From the NCBI GenBank assembly GCA_963769025.1, contig CAVYKI010000012.1:128001-192000 (forward strand): 64,000 bases of DNA. Direction: 5' to 3'. The translations under genes were made by a program, and so were the position numbers. A model generated the notes under the pieces. The model worked only from the letters and a program-made list of their open reading frames with translations. It did not search any database and had not been told where the DNA came from. Numbering within the stretch: the first letter of the stretch is position 1; each line of letters begins with the position of its first letter. This DNA comes from an uncultured Verrucomicrobiae bacterium (GTDB taxonomy: Bacteria; Verrucomicrobiota; Verrucomicrobiia; Chthoniobacterales; Chthoniobacteraceae). This document shows, piece by piece, positions 43,199-51,900 of the stretch.

Positions 43199-45949
43199 TC
43201 AATTCAGGTAGCGGAAATCCGAGGTCGCGAACAGCGCGCGGCAGAAACTTGTCCACGCGGCCTTCACGTCCTCGGCGTTCTTCATGCCTGGCGATGCCTT
43301 GTCACCCTTGCTCCAGTTGCTCGGGAATTTCTGGAAGAAATTCCACGCGGCGGTGCGCTCGTTCTGCGTCGGCGAACGGCCTAGTGCGATCCAATACGCG
43401 AGTGCCACGCGCTGATCGAGGTTCGCGCCCACGCCGCCATTCGGGCCGGCGGGATACGCCGACATCACGCGCTCCGCGAGCTTCCGCGAGGCGGCTGCGA
43501 CCATGTCGCCATTCAGGAGGAAGAGCGCCTGCGCGGGGACATTCGTCGTGTCGCGCGCGCCGGTGACGAGGCTCGCGTCGCTGAAGTCGAAGACCGCGAG
43601 CGCATCCGGCGGCACATCGCGAGCGATGGGCAGATAGACGCTGCGGACCATCGTCGTGGCGCCGCTGTTGATGAGCATGTCCTCCGAGGCTCCGCCTCGG
43701 CGGAATCCCGGCCCGCCGATGGGACCGTCGCCGGCCTGCGAGAGCAGCGAACCCATCGGCGGGGAAAGCTGAATCTGCTGGCTCGCGGAGAGCATCGCGT
43801 CGCGGATGCATTCCGCGTCGAGCCGGCGCTTGCTCATGCGCCATTGCATCGCGTTCTCCGGATCCGCGGCGAACGCGGCGGGCTCGTAGTCGGAGGAAAG
43901 CTGGTACGCGTGGCTCATCACGATGTCCCTCGCGAGCTTCTTCACGCTCCAGCCGTAGCCGCCGGCGGAGGCGGGCGTCTGGAATTTCACCGCAAGGTAA
44001 TCGAGCAGCGCCTGGTTGCTCGGCTTCTTCCCGGTCGTCCCAAAATTATCCACGCTCTCCACGATTCCGCGGCCGAAGAGCGTGTGCCAGACGCGGTTCG
44101 TCATCACGCGCGACATGAGCGGATTCGAGGGCGAGGTCATCCACTCCGCGAGTTCGCGGCGTCCGCTCTCGCTTCTCGGAATGGCCGTGGCGGTTCCGGG
44201 CGTGAGCACCGCGGGGAAGCTGCGCGGCACTTTCTCCGTCGGCTTGTCGGCCTCGCCGCGGGCATACAGCGCGCTGTCGGCCACCGAGGCAAATTCCGGC
44301 GGGCGGCCCTGCCGTTGAAACGGACCGCGGCGGAGGAATTCGCCGAAACGTCCCCCACCCGGTCCGCCCTTCGCGGCGGGCAAATCCTTCACGCCCATCG
44401 CGAGCGCCTTCGAGCGGCCGTTCTCGTCGAAACCCTTCAACTGCGTCTCCAGCTGGCCGATCTGCGTGGTCACGATCAGGATGCGCTGGAGCTGATTCCC
44501 GGAGGGCGGAGTGCCGCCGTTCGGTCCGCCGGCCATGCGGGCGGCGAAACCCTCGCGCTGCTCCTTCCGCAAATCCTCGAGCCGCTTTTCGATCTGCGCC
44601 CGTTCCGTCGAAGGAAGCGTCTTGTCCGACACCGGCGCGCCCGCAGGCAGCGTGATCAATTCCGTCGAGCGGCGGTTCTGGATGCCGCTCGCGGTGCCGT
44701 ACAGCGTGTCCGTGCTCAGGAAAATCCCGGCCAGCGCGTAATACTCGCGCTGCGAAATCGGATCGAATTTGTGGTCGTGGCAGCGCGCGCAGGAAATCGT
44801 GAGCCCGAGCATCGCCTGCGAGACGGTGTCCACCTGCTCGTCCGCGAGATCGAGGCAGAATTGCCGCGGGTTCTGCTCGTTCAGCCCCTTCGGGCCGATG
44901 GCGAGGAAGCCGGTCGCAACGAGGCGGTCGGCCTTCTGCGATTCGCTCTCGGCCGGCAGCAGATCGCCGGCGAGTTGTTCGCGGACAAATTGATCGTACG
45001 GCTTGTCCTGATTGAACGCATCGATGACGTAGTCGCGATACCGCCAGGCGTGCGGGAAGGCGATGTTCACGTCCTTGCCGCTGCTCTCCGCGTAGCGCGC
45101 GACGTCGAGCCAGTGGCGGCCCCAGCGCTCGCCGAATTGCGACGAGGCAAGCAGCTTGTCCACCCATTTGCCGAGCACGGCCTGCTGCTGCGCCGCGGCC
45201 GTCTGCGGGTTGGCGCCCGCGGCCTTCCAGTCGTTGAAAAACTGCCCGACATCGATCGGCGACGGCGGGAGGCCGGTGAGATCAAAGTAAATCCGGCGCA
45301 GCAAGGTCGCTGGATCGGCATCGCCGACGGGCTTCAGCTTTTTCTCCTCGAGCGCGGAGAGGAGGAAACGGTCGATGTCCCCGCGCGCCCATGCCGCGTT
45401 CTTCGGCTGCGGCACGGCCTGCGCCTTGGGCGGCTGGAAGGACCACCAGTTTTTCGCGTCCTCCTTGCTGTATTTTTTCACCACGGCCGCCGCGCCCGTG
45501 CGCGGGTCGGGGGCGCCCATTTTCACCCACGTTTCAAAATCCTTGATGACCGCATCGGGCAGCTTGCCGCCGCTCTTTTCCGGCGGCATGGCGAAGTCCT
45601 TGTTCGTATAGCGTATCGCCTCGATCAGGATGCTCTCGTCGAGATTGCCGGGCACGACTGCGGGGCCGCTGTCGCCGCCGCGGAGCGTGCCCTCGCGCGT
45701 GTCGAGCACGAGGCCGCCCTTCACTTTCGCCGCCTTTTCCGAGTGGCATTTGTAGCAGCTCTCAGAAAGCACGGGACGGATCTTCTTCTCGAAAAAATCG
45801 ATCTGCTCCGCGGTCGCCTTCGCTTCCGCAGCGGGCAGGAACGCGGGCTCCTCCGTCTTTGCATTCGCGGGTTTCTGTTCCGAGTCGATGGCCGCCCAGA
45901 GCGCGCCCGTGGCGGCGAGGGAGAGTGAGAGGGCGATGCGCAGTTTCAT
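43199..45949 (-). CDS. PSCyt1, DUF1549 and DUF1553 protein (planctomycete cytochrome c / PSD1)
   Basis: Signal peptide; [73 protein letters not shown]. Confidence 0.92.
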   Translation of the reverse strand: MKLRIALSLSLAATGALWAAIDSEQKPANAKTEEPAFLPAAEAKATAEQIDFFEKKIRPVLSESCYKCHSEKAAKVKGGLVLDTREGTLRGGDSGPAVVPGNLDESILIEAIRYTNKDFAMPPEKSGGKLPDAVIKDFETWVKMGAPDPRTGAAAVVKKYSKEDAKNWWSFQPPKAQAVPQPKNAAWARGDIDRFLLSALEEKKLKPVGDADPATLLRRIYFDLTGLPPSPIDVGQFFNDWKAAGANPQTAAAQQQAVLGKWVDKLLASSQFGERWGRHWLDVARYAESSGKDVNIAFPHAWRYRDYVIDAFNQDKPYDQFVREQLAGDLLPAESESQKADRLVATGFLAIGPKGLNEQNPRQFCLDLADEQVDTVSQAMLGLTISCARCHDHKFDPISQREYYALAGIFLSTDTLYGTASGIQNRRSTELITLPAGAPVSDKTLPSTERAQIEKRLEDLRKEQREGFAARMAGGPNGGTPPSGNQLQRILIVTTQIGQLETQLKGFDENGRSKALAMGVKDLPAAKGGPGGGRFGEFLRRGPFQRQGRPPEFASVADSALYARGEADKPTEKVPRSFPAVLTPGTATAIPRSESGRRELAEWMTSPSNPLMSRVMTNRVWHTLFGRGIVESVDNFGTTGKKPSNQALLDYLAVKFQTPASAGGYGWSVKKLARDIVMSHAYQLSSDYEPAAFAADPENAMQWRMSKRRLDAECIRDAMLSASQQIQLSPPMGSLLSQAGDGPIGGPGFRRGGASEDMLINSGATTMVRSVYLPIARDVPPDALAVFDFSDASLVTGARDTTNVPAQALFLLNGDMVAAASRKLAERVMSAYPAGPNGGVGANLDQRVALAYWIALGRSPTQNERTAAWNFFQKFPSNWSKGDKASPGMKNAEDVKAAWTSFCRALFATSDFRYLN

Positions 45950-46025
45950 GACGATGTCGTTCTTGAACCTCTCCAGACGCGACAAGTTGCTCGCAAATTA
46001 CATCCCATTGCAGCACAGCACGCCC

Positions 46026-48755
46026 ATGATTTCCGCCGATCATGGGCCTGATGTTCACTCGACACTGACGCCGGAGCACCGGCGCATGAGCGAGGAGGCG
46101 CACCGCGAGGAAAACTGGAAGCGGTGGGGGCCTTACCTGAGCGAACGGCAGTGGGGCACGGTGCGCGAGGACTACTCGGCGGATGGCGATGCGTGGCGCT
46201 ACTTCCCTTTCGACCAGGCGCGCTCGCGCGCCTACCGCTGGGGCGAGGACGGACTCATGGGCATCTGCGATCGGCAGGCGCGGCTGTGCTTCGCGCTCGC
46301 GCTGTGGAACGGACGCGATCCGATCCTGAAGGAACGACTCTTCGGCCTCACGAACGGCGAAGGCGCGCACGGCGAGGACGTGAAGGAATGCTACTGGTAT
46401 CTCGACGCGACGCCGACCTCGTCCTACTTGCGCGCGCTCTACAAGTATCCGCAGGCGGAGTTCCCGTACGCGCGTCTGCGCCAGGAAAATGCCGGGCGCG
46501 CGGCGACGCTGCCGGAGTTCGAGCTGGCGGACACGGGCATTTTCGACGGCGACCGCTACTTCGACGTCGCCGCGGAATATGCGAAGGGCGGGCCGGAGGA
46601 CATTTTGATCCGCATCACGCTCGAAAACCGCGGCCCGGACGCCGCGAAGCTGCATGTGCTGCCGACGCTGTGGTTCCGCAACACGTGGAGCTGGTGCCCG
46701 GATGTCGAGCGTCCCCTGCTCCGCCAGATCGGCGTGCATTGCATCGAGGCCGCGCACACGACGCTCGGCGATTACCGCTGGGTGCTCGAAGAGGAGGCGC
46801 CGGTGCTTTTCACGGAGAACGACACGAACACCGCGCGCGTTTTCGGCGCGCCGAATGTGCAGCCGTTCGTGAAGGACTCGATCCACGACCACGTCATCCA
46901 CGGCACGTCCGGCGCCGTGAACCCCGCGCAGACCGGCACGAAATGCGCCGCGCATTACATCCTCGATGTGCCGCCCGGCGGGCGGAAGGTGCTGCGCTTC
47001 CGGCTCGGCGACACGTTCGATCTGCCGCCGGGCGCGTTTGCGGATTTCGACACCGTCTTCGCCGCACGCCGCGACGAAGCGCACCGCTTCTACGCCACGA
47101 AATGCGCACCGGCGCTCGGCGACGAGGAGCGCAACGTGATGCACCAGGCCTACGCGGGCCTGCTGTGGTCGAAGCAATTCTACTACTACGATGTCCGCCG
47201 CTGGCTCGCCGGAGATCCGACCCAGCCGCGCCCGCCCGCCCACCACGCGCAGACGCGCAACGCCGACTGGCCGCACCTTTACAACGCCGACATCCTCAGC
47301 ATGCCGGACAAGTGGGAATACCCGTGGTACGCCGCGTGGGATCTCGCCTTCCACATGATCCCCATGTGCCGGATCGATCCGTATTTTGCAAAGGGCCAGC
47401 TCCTGCTGCTGCTGCGCGAGTGGTATCTGCGGCCCGACGGCGCGCTGCCGGCGTACGAGTGGAACTTCTCCGACGTGAACCCGCCCGTGCATGCGTGGGC
47501 CTGCTGGCGCGTGTACAAAATCACGGGCGAGCGCGGGCAGCGCGACACCTTCTTCCTCGAACGCTGCTTCCAGAAGCTGCTGCTGAACTTCACGTGGTGG
47601 GTGAACCGCAAGGACGCGCGCGGGAAGCATCTCTTCGGCGGCGGCTTCCTCGGCATGGATAACATCGGCCTCTTCGACCGCTCGCGGCCGCTCCCGAATG
47701 GCAGCACGCTCGAGCAGGCCGACGGCACGGCCTGGATGGCATTTTACTGCCTCACGATGCTCTCGATGGCGCTCGAACTCGCCAAGACGCGCCCCGCGTA
47801 CGAGGACATCGCGAGCAAGTTCTTCGAGCACTTCGTGGACATCGCGGAGGCCATCAACACGCTCGACGGCACCGGCCTTTGGGACGAGGAGGACGGCTTT
47901 TACTACGACCACATCCGGCAGAGCGGCGGCGCATCGTCGCCGTTGAAAGTGCGCTCGCTTGTCGGCCTCGTGCCGCTGCTCGCCGTCGAGGTGCTCGACC
48001 AGAATGTCATCCGCTCGCTGCCGGGCTTCCGGAAACGGATGCACTGGTTCCTCGAGAACCGCCCGGAGATCGCGAAGCACGCGAGCTACATGGAGCGCGA
48101 CGGCGCGGATGGCGGCGAGATGCGCCTGCTCGCCATCCCGAGCAAGCAACGCCTGCTGCGCGTGCTCCGCCGGCTGCTCGATGACGCGGAATTCCTGTCG
48201 CCGCACGGCATCCGCTCGCTCTCCCGCGCGCACCGCGACGCCGCATTTTGCTTTTTCGCGGAAGGTGGCCACGTATGCATCCAGTACGAGCCCGGCGAGA
48301 GCACCGACGGCATGTGGGGCGGCAACTCGAACTGGCGCGGCCCGATCTGGTTTCCGCTCAATTACCTGCTGCTCGAGGCGCTCGAGCGCTACGACCACTT
48401 CTACGGCGACACCGTGCAGCTCGAGTTCCCGCTCGGCTCCGGAAAAATGCTGAACCTCACGCAAATCTCCGCCGAACTCGCGGGCCGGCTCACGCATCTT
48501 TTCCTGCCGGACAAAAACGGACGCCGCCCCTGCCACGGCGACGACGCACTTTCCGAGCGCCTCGCCACCGACCCGCACTGGCGCGACCTCGTGTGGTTCC
48601 ACGAATACTTCGACGGCGACACCGGCCGCGGCCTCGGTGCCAGCCACCAGACCGGCTGGACTGCCCTCGTCACCCGCTGCCTGAACACGGTGGGACGGCT
48701 GGCCAGCTTTGATTCGCACGGCGAGGCATCCGGCTCCCGCCGTGGCCGCGATTAG
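46026..48755 (+). CDS. GH63 (MGH1-like) glycoside hydrolase
   Basis: WGPYLSERQWGTVREDYS, SRAYRWGEDG, SMPDKWEYPWYAAWDLAFH, NSNWRGPIWFP, EYFDGDTGRGLGASHQTGWT. Confidence 0.92.
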   Translation: MISADHGPDVHSTLTPEHRRMSEEAHREENWKRWGPYLSERQWGTVREDYSADGDAWRYFPFDQARSRAYRWGEDGLMGICDRQARLCFALALWNGRDPILKERLFGLTNGEGAHGEDVKECYWYLDATPTSSYLRALYKYPQAEFPYARLRQENAGRAATLPEFELADTGIFDGDRYFDVAAEYAKGGPEDILIRITLENRGPDAAKLHVLPTLWFRNTWSWCPDVERPLLRQIGVHCIEAAHTTLGDYRWVLEEEAPVLFTENDTNTARVFGAPNVQPFVKDSIHDHVIHGTSGAVNPAQTGTKCAAHYILDVPPGGRKVLRFRLGDTFDLPPGAFADFDTVFAARRDEAHRFYATKCAPALGDEERNVMHQAYAGLLWSKQFYYYDVRRWLAGDPTQPRPPAHHAQTRNADWPHLYNADILSMPDKWEYPWYAAWDLAFHMIPMCRIDPYFAKGQLLLLLREWYLRPDGALPAYEWNFSDVNPPVHAWACWRVYKITGERGQRDTFFLERCFQKLLLNFTWWVNRKDARGKHLFGGGFLGMDNIGLFDRSRPLPNGSTLEQADGTAWMAFYCLTMLSMALELAKTRPAYEDIASKFFEHFVDIAEAINTLDGTGLWDEEDGFYYDHIRQSGGASSPLKVRSLVGLVPLLAVEVLDQNVIRSLPGFRKRMHWFLENRPEIAKHASYMERDGADGGEMRLLAIPSKQRLLRVLRRLLDDAEFLSPHGIRSLSRAHRDAAFCFFAEGGHVCIQYEPGESTDGMWGGNSNWRGPIWFPLNYLLLEALERYDHFYGDTVQLEFPLGSGKMLNLTQISAELAGRLTHLFLPDKNGRRPCHGDDALSERLATDPHWRDLVWFHEYFDGDTGRGLGASHQTGWTALVTRCLNTVGRLASFDSHGEASGSRRGRD

Positions 48756-48913
48756 CAAAGAGTCCTACCCGAAGTCCGTCTGGAATTCGTTGTTGGCAGC
48801 CTTTGCAAAAGCGGGCCTCATGCCGGGCATAGAAACCGCCCGCCAGCGCGAGAAAAACCGCGTGGCCGGAGCCATCGCACGACCCGAACCGACACGAAGA
48901 GCACGACCGAACA

Positions 48914-51900
48914 GTGAAATTACCTCAAGAGATCATCGTCGTGCTGGGGATGCACCGGAGCGGCACATCCCTCATCGGACAGATGCTGAACAACCTGGGA
49001 TTTGCGCTCGGCAAACACCCGATGCCGGCGGGGACGGAGAACGAGAAGGGGTACTTCGAGAACACGAAGCTGATGGAGTTTCACGACTTCGTGCTGGAGG
49101 AGGCTGGCTCCAATTGGAACGACCCGCATCCCATCCCGGAGGAATGGTGGACGGATGCGCGCCTGCGGCATTTTTCCGCGAAGCTCGCGACGCTGATCGC
49201 GGATGAGTTCGAGGGCTGCGAAAAAGTGCTCATCAAGGACCCCCGCATGTGCCGGCTGCTGCCCTTGTGGCGCGCGTACTTTGCGACCGCGGGCATCCGG
49301 CATCGCTGGTTGCTGCTGCTGAGGCATCCTGTTTCCGTCGCGAAATCGCTCGAGCGCAGGGACGGCTTCAGCAGGGGCTACGGATTTCTCCTCTGGGTGC
49401 AGCATGTCCTCGACGCCGAGCGGCAGACGCGCGCCACAGACCGGCTGCTGCTCACCCACGAGGAGGTGATCGACGGGACTTACGCGGCGCCGCTCGCCCG
49501 GCTTCTGGAGATGGCTCCCGATGCCGTGCGCGAATCCGGCAGGAAAGCCGTGGAGCCAAGCCTCGTGCATCACCACGGCACCGAGCAGGAATTTGGCAAG
49601 GATCGCGTCGCCGAACTGGCCAGGCGTTCGTGGGACGAGCTCACGCGCCCGGATGAGAATGGCGGTCCGCGGCGGGATGCGCTGGACGCGCTCTGGAACG
49701 AGTTCGCGTCGCTGCAGGCGGTGATTCCCAGCGAGTTTGCAGGGATCTCGACGGCGGGAACCGATCGGCTCGGCAAACGGACATCGCTGTATTGCGACAT
49801 CGGCGGCGGATTTTCGGAATCGGCGAAATGCGAGGCCGATTATGTATTGAGAGCGGGCGTCCTGATCGCGCAGTTCAAGATTCCTCCCGCGTGGAACGGG
49901 CGGATCAAGGCGTGGCGGTGGGATCCCGTCGAGGGGAGTTTTCTCGCGTGCCGCGACCTGGAGGCCACGGACAACCAGGGCCGCGCGTATCAGCTCGAAC
50001 CGCAGGGCACGATGGGAACGTCCGACGGTTGGGTGATGTTCGCGACGCGGGATCCCATGGTGAAAATAACGCCGGCCCCGCTGGGGAGCGTTTCGTCGCT
50101 CACGGTGAGCGCGCGCCTGCGGCCGATTCTGCTGTCGGAAACCACCGATGCCCAGCGTGGCGACGCAGAAAATGTGCGGGAGGCGCGTCAACTTCCGCCA
50201 GGCCACGATTCGGCGCGCATCGCGGTGGACGTCGCGACAAGGGCCCGGACGCGAGCGGTGCACCGCGCCATCAAGTATTCCCTCATGTCGCGGCTTTCCG
50301 CGCTGCTGCCGTTTCTCTTCACGCTGCGTGCGAAGACGCGGCGCGCCGTCCGGAACCTCCGGCAGTTGGGCGCCTTTGACGCGAAATTCTACGAAGCCCA
50401 GTTGCCGTCCGGTTTCTGGATTTACCGGCCAATCGTCCACTACTGGGTCTTCGGGCGGACGCTCGGCCTGAAGCCGTATCCATACACCGGCGGCGGCGAC
50501 GGAATCACGGCCAGGAAACGGGTCGTCTTCTATTCCGCCGAACCGCTCACGCCGGGACATGCCTACCGCGTGCGGATGTATTCCGAGGCGCTCGCCTCGA
50601 GGGGATACGATGTCCACATCTGCGTCCCCGGCAAACTCGGTGCCGGGGTTTCCATGCTCGAACGCAACGGTGCGCTGGTGATCTGGCGGGCCGCGTGGGA
50701 CAAAAACATCGCGGCGCTCATGGATGCCGCGCGTTCCGCGGGCACCCGGATTATTTTCGATGTCGATGACCTGATGTTCGAGCCGAGCCTCGCGAAGGTC
50801 GAAGTGATCGACGGCATCCGCACCGAGGGCTTTCAGGAGGATAGCATCGCGGAGTACTACCGGCGCGTGCGGCGCACGTTGCTCGCCGCAGATTTCTGCA
50901 CGTGCCCGACCCAGTCGCTCTCCACGGCGATGCGGCGCTTCAGCAAGCCGACAATGGTTCTGCCCAACGGCTTCGACGAACCGACGCTTCTCCGAAGCCG
51001 CAAGGTTGCGGCAAGCCGCCGGACGCAGCCCGGAGACGGCCGCATCCGGCTCGGCTATGCCGGCGGTTCGCGGACGCACCAGCGCGATTTCGCCCGCGCC
51101 GCGGGCGCCGTCGCACGCGTGCTGCGCGAGCATCCCGAGTGCCTGCTCGTCGCCTTCCGCCTCCGCAAGCCGGAGGGCGACATCCCGTACCTGAACATCG
51201 CGGAATTTCCCGAACTCCTCGGGCTCGAATCCCAGATCGAATGGCGGAACTTCGTCCCGCTCGAGGAAGTGCCGGATGAACTCGCGCGCTTCGACATCAA
51301 CCTCGCGCCGCTGGAAACGGGCAACCCTTTCTGCGAGGCGAAAAGCGAGCTGAAGTATTTCGAAGCCGCGCTGGTGGACGTTCCCACGGTGGCATCGCCC
51401 ACCGCCCCTTTTGCCGCCACGATCCGGCACGGCGAAACCGGCTTCCTCGCCGCGGACGAGGCGGAGTGGCACGCGTCGCTCAAGCGCCTCGTGACGGAGC
51501 CGGAACTCCGCGCCTTGATCGCGCGAAACGCGTTTTTCGACGTGCTGTGGCGTTACGGTCCGGAACGCAGGGCGGAGATGGCCGAGGCGTGCATCGAGCA
51601 GGTGCTGGGTGATGCGCGGACGGCGGCCCGCTTCTACGAGCTCGAAGTGCGGCGCAAGGTCGCGCCGCGCCGGCCGCTGCCCGAGATTCCGGAGTTTGAA
51701 ATCGTCGCCGAGTACGGGATCCGAGCGCAGAGCGACGTGGCGGTCGTCATCCCGCTCTACAACTACGCGCAGTTTCTGGAGGAGGCGCTCGAATCCGTGC
51801 GCCTCCAGACGCTCCGCTCGAAGGAACTGATCGTGATCGACGATTGCTCGACGGACGATTCGCTCGCCGTCGCGAAGCGGTGGATGGAGCAGCACGGCCA

